A stretch of DNA of 64,000 nucleotides from Azolla caroliniana (lineage: Eukaryota > Plantae > Polypodiophyta): contig JBHGNT010000005.1 in NCBI GenBank assembly GCA_043228905.1, forward strand, positions 18,476,001 through 18,540,000. Reading direction: 5' to 3'. The position numbers and the translations under genes are program-made. This document shows positions 36,018 through 47,085 of the stretch, one piece after another; position 1 is the first letter of the stretch; the number at the start of each line of letters is the position of its first letter. The notes beneath the pieces were generated by a model. The model was not told where the DNA came from, searched no databases, and worked only from the letters and a program-made list of their open reading frames with translations.

Positions 36018-37846
36018 ATCTGAAATGAATCGTCACAAATTAAGAACTTCTTGTCCACTTAATCCAAGGGTTGACATGAAATACATCCTTTTTAGACAGC
36101 CTTGTAAGTCTGTGTCACAGCATAGCCAAAAATATTCTCCACATCCACTGTGACCAAGATCCAATATGTTAAATAGAATATCAAGAATCTAAGATATGAT
36201 CAAGTCTCTAATTCTCTAATGAACCGGCTATCTAGTATCTTTAGATGCGATAAAATGAACTAATCGATAAATAACTCTCAAATGTTTTGTGTCAATCATT
36301 CACACCAAGCGAGAATCATAAGGTATTAGATAAATACAAAGCACCACATAAAAGTGCATGTCATTTGTTGAAAGGTTCGTTGACTTTGCATTGCGCATTA
36401 TAATCTAGAAAGAAAGAAAGAAAGAAAGAAATATTAACATCGTTTAAGTGGCCAAAATGGCCTATAAGACCAAACAAGAGATTACATCTCAAGTGTTGTC
36501 CCGTCTTTGAGAACAAAATATAAAAATAAAATAAATATTTCTTAGTAAATATAAAAGTAGATAAGATAAAGGGAGACTAAAGAATCTGGTTTCCGGCACA
36601 TGTGAGATTCTCAAGTTAGATATATTATAACTTTTGTCTTGAAAAGGTCTCTGGCATAGGCTGACCTAGAATGGAGAGGTTTCTGAAGGGAGGGAAGTGC
36701 TTGTGATGGCGGGAGATAATGGCCTTTATTTGTCGATGACAAGGGTGGTGAGGTCTTGTCCGTGGGGTTGGGGCCTACTTGCTCGACAAATTGCTATCGC
36801 CCGATCTATTGTAACCCCTTTGTTATGTCCTGGTCGGGAACCCATTTGTGTATCCCTTGATTGACTTGTAGCATTAGTAGGAGTGATAGGGCTAAAGAAA
36901 GTTGTGATTGTTCTTTGTGGATAAGCTTGTGTGGCTCTACTATTGTCCTTCAACAATTTGTCCCTGTGTCTCTTGAGTTCTAGCAAGAAAAGTCCTAGGC
37001 ACTAGCTTCCTACATCTGTTCTCAGTGCATTGGAAAAAGAGCAACTCAACAAATTTTGCTCATGGAGGCTGATAGCAATCAATGCATAAATATAATGATG
37101 GAAGATGATGAATAATAATATAAAATTAAAATGATTAGGAATGATGATAAATAAATATGCCAATATATGTAAAGAATATATACGTGCAATGATCTTGCAT
37201 GCAACTACATTACTCTTTTCTTAAATTGGACATGTCGAACATTTTCTAATATCATAAAAAATTGCAATTTTACATTATACATTTGTAATGATGCATCATA
37301 TAGTCAGCAAGGAACATATGAAAATTAGACAGCATGAGAGCTGTCATGCTCAATATATTGTTACTACAATGGCTTAAATGGGTATGAAAATAGATAATCT
37401 AAACAGTGATTCATAGTAATACATTTCTGTCACAAAATAAGATGGAACATTTTGTAATCAGAAATTATCTTCTTCTCATTCTTTCTGTAAACCTCTGAAA
37501 TGGTTGATCATATCCATCTTTATTTTTTGCTTCAAATGACACTTCTGAAGAGCAAATATGAGATTTCACATCGATAAAACTGGATTATTTCTGGCATGTT
37601 TTGCGTTGAATGTTGCTATTTGTCTAGTATCATTTAGTACACTTTGAAATACTTATTTTCTGCTTTTACATTGTGGCATTAATCTGGAACACTTCAGCTA
37701 TTTCCAATTTCGTATATAACTATGTCTTCAGAAGAAAAGATGAGATTTGGCATCAAAGAAGCTGGCTGGGATGCTATTAGGTGAATGTTGCTATTTGTCT
37801 ACTATCATTTAGTACACTAAAAAATATACATTTTCTGCTTTTACAG

Positions 37847-38433
37847 CATCTGGCGTTAATCCGGAACACCTTAGCTATTTCCGATTTTGTGGTCAAGTGG
37901 TTGCATTGGCACTTATGCACAAGGTTCAAATAGATGTAGTCTTTGCCAGCATATTTTTAAAGCAAGTAGCGGGACTTCCTGTGTCTTGGGAAGATGTAAA
38001 GGATACTGATCCTCTTCTTTATGAAAGCTGCAAACAGATTCTGGAAATGGATGCTGACCTGGTTGACACTGATGCCCTTGGACTGACATTTGTGCATGAA
38101 TTTGAAGAAGTTGGCACATTGAAATCCATTGACCTGTGTCTTGGTGGGGCAGACATAGCAGTGACAAGCAAGAATAGACTTTCGTATGTGGAGCTCTTGG
38201 TTAAGCATCAGTTTGTTACTTGCATTGAGAAACAGACCAAGTGCTTCAAGCAAGGTTTCTCAGACCTATTTGTTGGTGGTAGTGTGAACCAATTCCTACA
38301 AGCATTGCAGCCAAATGAGTTTGATCTGCTCCTGTTTGGAAAGGATAGAAATATCTGTATTGAAGATTGGAAATCGTATACAGAATACCACGGTTACAGC
38401 AATTCAGATTGCTATATAATTTGGTTTTGGGAG
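37847..38433 (+). CDS. UPL5: UPL5-like coding exon 2 (HECT N-lobe)
   Basis: Acceptor TTTTCTGCTTTTACAG gives ASGVNPEHLSYFRFCGQVVALALMHKVQ in phase with exon 1. Ends WFWE|GTATGC. Confidence 0.9.
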
Positions 38434-38850
38434 GTATGCAAGATGTCATGTTTCTAATTAGTAGTTCTTTATACAAAAAATGCTGTTCATTCTTCTGGTT
38501 TTGGGACGAAGAGAGGAAAGGTAAGAAATGAAATGGAATTTGATTAATGTTTGCAAAGACCAAATGATATAGCAAGTTGTCGTCAAGACTCAAGAGCCAA
38601 CCATGCATCTCTCTTTCTCTGGCTGTTGGCTTGGTGGCGTGCACTGTACAATCAAAGTCATAAAATTGCTAGAACCCAAGTTTAGCCATGGGCTAGGCCC
38701 TGACCCTCGTGGATGTTAGAAAGTTTTTTATTTATCAATGTCGCTGGATGTTTTCCTTTGTCTAGAGAGAGAGTTTTACAAAAGAAAAGTGATTAATGGG
38801 TATGGTGTGAGAGAGAAAAGAGAGTTTTACAAAAAAACAAACTGATGCAG

Positions 38851-39114
38851 GTAGTGCAAAGCATGACAATGGAGCAACGTAGACGGCTTCTCTTCTTTTC
38901 AACTTCAGTGGCTTTCCTCCCCATGGAGGGCTTTGCCGGGCTCCCTTCAAAATTTCACATACATAAAGCACATACAGACTTGACATGGCTGCCAACAGCT
39001 CACACCTGCTTCTTTCAGCTTCTCCTTCCATCTTACCCTTCATTAGAAATAATGAACTCAAAACTTTATGCTGTCATTGAAGGGCATATTTTTGAGGGTT
39101 TTGGGTTTGCTTGA
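38851..39114 (+). CDS. UPL5: UPL5-like coding exon 3 (HECT C-lobe with catalytic Cys)
   Basis: TGCAG|VVQSMTMEQRRRLLFF..LPTAHTCFFQL..FGFA*. Spliced CDS is 3273 nt (1090 aa). Confidence 0.88.
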   Translation, partial: VVQSMTMEQRRRLLFFSTSVAFLPMEGFAGLPSKFHIHKAHTDLTWLPTAHTCFFQLLLPSYPSLEIMNSKLYAVIEGHIFEGFGFA

Positions 39115-39543
39115 TGCAAAAAACTTCATCAGTTAGCAAAGGAGCTCAAACTCGCAAAGATGAAATGTGTGGTGACATTTTGCATATATGCATTTCCTAT
39201 TAGATTTAGTTGGTGATAGAACACCAACGTGTATACACTATGTATTTCCAGATGTAATATAAATGGGGTTAAATAAAGGAAGTTTTGCCTCTAAAATGGT
39301 AGAACGGATGTTTTACAATGATTGCTAAAATAGGTGCCCTTAACCACCTCCCATAATTTGGTATTCTAGAGGATTTGAACTCGAATGCATCTGTCCATCC
39401 TTCCTTTGGAAGATAGCACTCACTACTCTTGGACAGTGTTCATTTTGATGTAGCTAGCCATTTGTAGATATTAATATAACTTCCTCCCTTTTTTGCACTT
39501 AAATCGAGTATCACATGTTGGTTGCAACTATGGGTCTTGAACA

Positions 39544-39599
<56 letters not shown>

Positions 39600-41688
39600 A
39601 GTATTGTATGATAGTTTGCCATTACCCCCCAACTAGCTTTAGCAAGTGGGCATGTAAGAAATTTTTACCTACCATCGTCAATCACGGTATACTTGACAAC
39701 AACATATGGTGCGAGTGGATTAACCACATTATTAACCTTTAGAAGTGTGGTTGATGCAAACAAGAGAATTTTTCAATGAACGTCTAGTCTAGCCTTTAAA
39801 GAGACTTGGATGAGGGTGTGTGAAGCATGCCAAATTAGAAACCAACACCAACATCCATTTCCTCAAGAGAAATGTAAGTTAGTGGTACTCTAATCCTCAT
39901 TGGTTTAGATGTATGGGGACCAATGTAGACAACAACATTCAAGGTATGTTAATACTATGTTTCCTTCATCAATGAGCTCTCTTGTTATACATGAGTTTAT
40001 CTGTCTGCAAAAAATTGAAGTGTTCTCACAATTCCACAAATCAAGTTTTGTCGAAAAAGAGATTAAGTGGTAGATCCATTGTGTCATGCCCAACAATGGC
40101 CAAAAATGTCTGATTCTTGTGAATCGAGTCCATTTCAGATTTCATGGCTTGTAGCCATGTGTCGGCGTCTGTTGCGGCCATAACTTCTTCATAAGTGCTT
40201 GGTTTGCCTGCATCGATGTAGTTGACATAGTTGAGGCCCGGTTGAAAAACTCTGTTGGCCTTCGAGATCGTCCAGATCTCCTGTGTGCCGAGGTAAGTGG
40301 TTCGGATTCTTCAATCCACTAGGTTGGGCGATTGGTATTTGTTGAATCATCAGTATCAGGAGTCTTGTTAGGTGCCCCGCCCCCAAATCGGTATTTAGGT
40401 GGTGTCACGTTGTCCTCCCCTAGGGACTTTGTTGTCTCGGTTCTGTTTCCTACTTGCATCTTGTTGACTTTGCCTGCTTGGACTCTTGTCAAATAGGCTC
40501 TATCGTTGATGGCTTTGTCTTCAAGTTTGACTATTGGACTTCCTACCAATTTGGAGTCGGCAGGTACGTTGTCGGCTTGTTCAAGTTCGATTGTTTGTCG
40601 AATATTTGAGTTTTCCCGGTGGGTCGGTCCTTGTACGACGTCTCTGTCGTCTTGGAATGATACCTTTTTACCAATTGTTTTCTGCTGGTTCCATTGAAAG
40701 AAAATAGAGTCTTCATTGAAGACTACGTCACTACTCCGAATCAGTTTCCGGTTCTCAACGTCCCATAGCATGTAGCCGAATTCCCCATCGGTGCCATAAC
40801 CGAGAAATATGCATTTCGTTGCATGGGGTGCCAAATTTGTCCTTTTATACTTGGGGATGAACGCGTAGGCGTCACATCTGAATATATGAAGCCTATCGTA
40901 GGTCGGCTATTTGCCTGACCATAGTGCCTGTGGCACTTCAAGCCTAATTGCTCTTGACGGTGCCAGATTTATCAGGTATATTGCCGTCTGCAATGCTTCT
41001 ACCCAGAATTCCAGCTTTACTTCGACTTGCTGAAGCATTGCCGTCACCCTCTCCTCGATCGTTCTGTTGATCCTTTCTGCCACTCCATTTTGCATGGGTG
41101 TGTAGGGAACAGTCTTTTGATGTCGGATCCCTTTGTTGGACAGGTATTGTTTGAAGGCTCTGGAGGTGTACTCACCTCCATTGTCAAATCTGAGTGTCTT
41201 CACTCTGTGTCCCGACCGGTTCTCCAATATCCACCGAGTGAAGACCTCAAGCGCTTCGTCTTTGGACCTGATCGAGTAGGCCCAGAACTTCCGTGTACAT
41301 TCATCTACAAAGGTGATGAAGTACCGGGAGCCTCCTAATGATCGCTCTGGATGAGCCCACATATATCTGTGTGCAGAGCTCTAGGGGCTATCGTAGCGTC
41401 TCGTAGTGGAGAGTGTGCGGACTTCGGGTTTGTTTCCCATATCGATAGTGCTCACAGAAGTCCGTCTTTGCTTGGAGTTTCAGGATGTAGTCTACCTGTC
41501 GAATACGAGTGTATAATGGCCGTATTCACATTGTCCCTTTGGACAGCCCAAGTTCGGGCTATTTCTGTAAATAGCATAAAGGGTAGTTGCCCTAGGATAG
41601 TCACTATATAAAGTGACTTTGTAACCTTTAGTAAAGGTTGGTTGTCATTTGTAACTGTTGCTATTGGAATATAACGTTTCCTTTTGTG

Positions 41689-41741
<53 letters not shown>

Positions 41742-42394
41742 ATCTTGCTCGTGCATTCACAAGTTCTTCTTCATCACGAATGTTGCTTGCACTTCCGCAT
41801 TGACGGCCTTGTCCCCAACATTTGGTACCAGAGCGTTGGAGGTTCTTCAACCCGTTGCCGACCGTCATCTCACAACATTCTGTTTTCGTTTTCTTTGAAG
41901 AACAGAGAAGGGAGAAGAAAAACAAAAAGCTCGCATCTCACTGTGTTAAATCACAAATTAGAGTAAGCTAGTCGGTTGTACTCTGTTCTTGTGATTGTAA
42001 CCGCTTGAGGGGAGCTCCTTGAGCAACAACCAACCACTTCGTGCTTCACTCGGCTGATCAACATTCGGGAGGATCAGTTGGATCCGTCCCTCTCATCGCT
42101 GCAGTCATTCGAAGCAAAATCGGCCCAAACAATCGGTTTCACGTAATCGGTATTCGGCATACAATCAAAAGCTAACCGGGCTCACTCCGACTCGACAACA
42201 TTCGGGAAGACTAGCCGGTTCAGTCCCTCAAGTTACCGGAGTCACTCCGTGCAAGTTCAGCAACAAGTATCCGAAACCAAACCGACTCGGGTTCAAAAAC
42301 CGACTAGAACGATATCGGGTGAACCGACCGGTTGCACCCCACTAAGGTCCGTAGTCAACTCCGAACTGAGTCTTACCAACCGAAACCGAAGCAG

Positions 42395-45300
42395 ATGGCA
42401 TCAACATCTGGCTCATCGGAGATGAGTCTAAGGAGGTTCGACGGTTCGAACTTCAACTTCTGGAAGGAACAAATGTAGGACTATCTCATAGTCAAGGCTC
42501 AGATAGACCCAATTGAGAATGAAAATCCTCCAGAAGCATACAAGGCAAACGAGTGGCTAAAGCTGGACAGAATCGTCCGCGCCACGATTCGGATGCACTT
42601 GTCGGAGTCAGTGTACTTCACAGTGCAATCATGCACGACAACGTTTGAACTTTGGAAAACACTATTGGAAACTTATGAAAAGAAGGTTGCCACAATGAAG
42701 ATGTATCTGATCCGGCGCCTCTACAACTTGCGGATGAAAGAATCCGATTCGGTTCAGGCACACCTCAACGAGTACGAAAGCATAAGCTCCCAAATCTCGT
42801 CTCAGGAGACGACAATCGAGGATGAACTCAGAGCAATGATACTCATGAGTAGTCTCCCCTCTTCACGGGAAACTTTTGTTACAACCGTGTGCAATGCTTC
42901 AACAACTGCCGTTAAGAACTCCGAAGTCACGAGCGCAATCCTAACTGAAGCAACTCGGAGAAAGTCTTTCGCCAAAGACTCGACAGATGAAGCTTACGTA
43001 GTACAAGGTTCGATCGACCAATCAAACAACCGGGGAAGAAGTTCTTCCCGACCGCCGAACAATCAGTGAAGCCGGAGCAAGTCTCGGGATAACTGAATCT
43101 ACAACTACTGCAAGAAACCGGGACACATCAAAGCCGACTGCCGGGCACTCAAAGCAAAAACCGACAAAGCTCAGAGAGCGGATCAGAAGAGTAGCCGACA
43201 TGAGGAGGTCAACTACGTCGGCTCTTCAGCCGAAATTTTGATGACCGACCCGAACATACTGTCCATAGAGAACCCAATCGAATCAGAAGTTCTGCTTACG
43301 ACTGAGGAATCGAGCACATGGCTCCTGGACTCGGGCGCATCGTATCATGTGACACCTCCCCGATCTCAGTTTCGGAAATATTCGGACCGACACTCCGACT
43401 GTGTTCGAGTCGGAAACACGCAGCACTGTGCTATAATCGGAATCAGCACCGTAGAGCTCAATCTTCTGGGAGGCTCTACACTCGTACTACACAACGTTCG
43501 ACACGTTCATGAGCTTTCAAGACCCTTGATCTTAGTCGGACAACTTGACGAAGCCGACATCCGTGCCGGATTCTCATCAGGAGGGTGGACACTCCACAAA
43601 GGGAACCTCCTGCTTGCTCGAGGACCAAAGGTACATTCCTTGTATCCTTTATATGTCACATTCAAAGAGGCTGACTTATTTTTGGTTGATATTCCCGTGT
43701 CATCGTTATGGCATGGACGACTTGGGCACCCCAGCAAGGCCGACATAACGCACCTGTCCAGAGCTGGTTACATCCCCAAACTCTCCTTCTCAGATCACCA
43801 ATTCTGCGAGCATTGCCAGTACGGCAAACAGGTAGCCACATCGCACCCGACATCAGCACCAAGAGAATCGAATCCCCTCGATTTGGTCCACTCGGACGTC
43901 TATGGCATGATGCCACATCAGTCTCTTGACGGTGCTTCGTACTTTGTCAGTTTTATTGACGATTCGACTCGGAAGGTGTGGGCTTACCCCATTAGAACCA
44001 AAGATTGGGTGTTCTCGATATTCTCCGAATGGCTTGCAATGGTCGAAAATTAGACCGATCGGAAACTAAAATGTCTCCGAACCGACAATGGAGGAGAATT
44101 CAAGTTTGAAGAATTCGTCAAATTCTGTCAGGAACGCGGCATTCGACATGAATATATGACACCCTATAGTCCGGAGCAGAATGGAATTGCTGAACGCATG
44201 AATCAGACGATTCAAGAACGCGTAGTATCCATGCTCCAACACTCCGGATTGCCGGATGGCTTCTGGGCGGAGGCTCTACTTACGGCAGTACACATAATCA
44301 ATATGTCACCAAGTAGACCTCTAGGACTTCAAATACCTCAGGAAATATGGACCGATAGGAACCCGAATTATGACAAACTGAGGATCTTCGGTTGTGAGGC
44401 GTATGCTCTCATACCGAAAGACGACCGCCGGAAACTCGAACCAAGGTCAAGGAAATGTGTTTTTCTTGGATATGGACCCGACGGCGAGATCGGATACTGA
44501 CTCTGGGACCCCAAGCACAGACAAATCGTCCGAAGTTCGGACGTCGTGTTCAACGAGTCGGCTATGCATAAAACGGCCGAAAGGCCTATTGAAGTCTGAA
44601 GGGTAATATTTTCCGAAGTGCCAACCCTTCATGACGGCCCAACCCACAACACGAGATCGGTTTCACGGGTAACCAACAACTCTCGCACTGAATCCACCGA
44701 TTCGGCACAATCGAATGGCTCGGCTCCCGACCATCCGACATTGACACCCGGTGCGACTAGTCTAGTCATACCTCGCAGATCCGAGAGACTGTTGCAACCT
44801 CCGGAGAGGTACTCTCCAGGAGTTTTCTTTACCGACGCCGGCGAACCGACATCTTACGAAGAAGCATCGGCATTTGCCGATTCAGCCACATGGCATCTAG
44901 CGATGGAGTCGGAAATGCACTCCATTCAGGCAAACAAGAGTTGGGACTTGGTCGAATTACCGAAGAATCGACATGCTCTTCCGTGTAAGTGGGTCTATCG
45001 ACTAAAAGAGACATCCGACTCGACCACCCCAAAGTACAAGGCTAGATTAGTTGCGAAGGGATTTCGACAAGAATATGGTGTCGACTTCTACGAAATCTTT
45101 TCACCAGTGGTGAAAATGACGACCCTTCGTTTCATGCTCGGCGTCGTGGCCGCCGACAACTTGGAGCTGATTCAACTAGATGTAAAAACGATATTCCTCC
45201 ATGGTGACCTACAGGAGGAAATCTATATGGAGCAGCCGAAAGGCTTTGTGGCATCCGGCCAGGAACATCTAGTTTGCTGAATCAAAAAGAGTCTCTACGA

Positions 45301-45452
45301 CCTGAAACAGGCACCCCGACAGTGGTACAAGAAGTTCGACAACTTCATCCAATCGGTCGACTTCTCAAAGAGCGACGAGGACCACTGTCACTTCACCAAA
45401 ACAGCTCAAGACGGGTCTCTCGTCTTCCTCATCATCTACGTGGATGACATGC
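42395..45452 (+). pseudogene. Copia D gag-pol with stops; the RT/RH remainder is at 51135-52107
   Basis: RFDGSNFNFWKEQM, WLLDSGASYH, LWHGRLGH, FIDDSTRK, IIYVDDM|L, KNPVHHNASKHID. Confidence 0.9.
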
Positions 45453-45610
45453 TGTCATGAACACATGACCATTATGGCGTCACTCGGACTTGAACCTCGA
45501 ACCTTGTAATTCATACTTGAAAACCTCAACCATTAAGATAGCTTATTGTTTTATGAAACAATAAAAGCTACTTCTTGTATTACATTGATTATTGTAAAAA
45601 CTCTAGATTA

Positions 45611-45674
45611 TTCTAGAATGTTCTAGAATGTCCTAGAGCATTCTAGGTCTAGAACATTCTAGAACATTCTAGAA
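45611..45674. promoter_or_regulatory. Heat shock element array upstream of TATAAAT (45700); copy at 50884-50947
   Basis: TTCtaGAAtgTTCtaGAA and GAAcaTTCtaGAAcaTTCtaGAA are perfect alternating pentamers. Confidence 0.78.
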
Positions 45675-45921
45675 ATCTCTAAGCTATTCTATAGGAACCT
45701 ATAAATAAGCGCATACATGTATTCTCAAATCAATTCGAATCAACACCAGTCTTTAGCTCTCATTACATATCTTGTATCCATTCTCTTTCTTTCTCTATCT
45801 TATACATACATTCTTCTCTATCCTTCTTCCATCACTCTATCTTTTATCCTTGGTTCTGACAGTTTGATTCGAATTCTCTCTCTCTCTCTTTCTTATCCTC
45901 CTTTGTAACCATCCTGAAACC

Positions 45922-47085
45922 ATGGCTGCCATTAACTCAGAAGAATATCTCACCCTTGTTGCAGAAATGGAGAACCTTAAATCCAAGTTCGCATCTCTTG
46001 AAGTAGAGAATCAACGTCTACTTGGGGATCTACAAAAGGTTACTATAGAGAAGCAACAACAACAAGAGGAGTTCACGCGACGAGTGCAACAGTTAGAGTC
46101 GACAATCGTCGTGTTACAACAACAAAGGGTTGAAGGTCAGGGACTTATCAAGGAGCCCAAAATTAGCCTCCCAGCTAAATTTGATGGGTCGAGGGCGCAT
46201 TTCCGAGGTTTTTTGAATCAAGTACGGTTGGTGATTCAAATGCATCCCGCACGTTATCCAACAGATGCATCACGAGTCGGGCTAGTGGGCACTTTATTGA
46301 CTGGCATAGCGTTGTCGTGGTTTGCTCCATTGCTAGAGACCAATTCTCCTCTACTGAATAATTTCGAGGAATTTATCAAGGAATTTAAGGCTTGTTTCGG
46401 AGATACTGATGGGGCGAGAACAACTATCAACAAGATTCGTACACTTCGTCAAGGTGATCAACCAGCTTCAACATATGCTGCCAATTTCCGTCTCATCGCA
46501 AGCGATATTCCTTGGGATGAACAAGCCCTAATGGAGCAATTCCGTTCAGGCATTCGTAGTGATGTCAAAGACTTACTTCTTACCTTCCCCGAGGATCCAA
46601 GGTCACTTACAAAAGCTATTAGTCGAGCAATACGGTGTGATAATCGCCTTTTTGAGTGTCGATGTGAGCGACAACAACAAATAACAAGATCTAGATTCAC
46701 ACCAACTTATGCATCAGTAACGGCGCAATCATCCCCAAGGCAAATGTATAGCCCTGCTCCAACTCCAAGGCAAACACGTAGTCCAGTCCCAATGGATAGT
46801 CCTACACCCATGGAGATCGATATGACTCAACGACGAGGACCGTTGTCAGACGAAGAGAAGCAACGTCGTCGAGCAAACCATCTGTGCTTATATTGTGGAG
46901 GTCCAGGACATATAGCCATTCATTGCTCCCGTAGGCCGAGACGTCAGGTAAATCAAATTCACTATGACAATAAAAATGAGTCCAACATTTTAGAAGTAGT
47001 TAGTGAATCTAATATTATGAATAATCCACCCTTGTCCAATAAATTTGAAGTCCTAAGCCAATTAGAAGAGGAGTCAAACGAATAA
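45922..47085 (+). CDS. gag: Gag of chromovirus B (coiled coil, capsid, CCHC)
   Basis: 387-aa ORF with PAKFDG, ALSWF, LRQG, PTPMEID and CLYCGGPGHIAIHC. Confidence 0.95.
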   Translation: MAAINSEEYLTLVAEMENLKSKFASLEVENQRLLGDLQKVTIEKQQQQEEFTRRVQQLESTIVVLQQQRVEGQGLIKEPKISLPAKFDGSRAHFRGFLNQVRLVIQMHPARYPTDASRVGLVGTLLTGIALSWFAPLLETNSPLLNNFEEFIKEFKACFGDTDGARTTINKIRTLRQGDQPASTYAANFRLIASDIPWDEQALMEQFRSGIRSDVKDLLLTFPEDPRSLTKAISRAIRCDNRLFECRCERQQQITRSRFTPTYASVTAQSSPRQMYSPAPTPRQTRSPVPMDSPTPMEIDMTQRRGPLSDEEKQRRRANHLCLYCGGPGHIAIHCSRRPRRQVNQIHYDNKNESNILEVVSESNIMNNPPLSNKFEVLSQLEEESNE

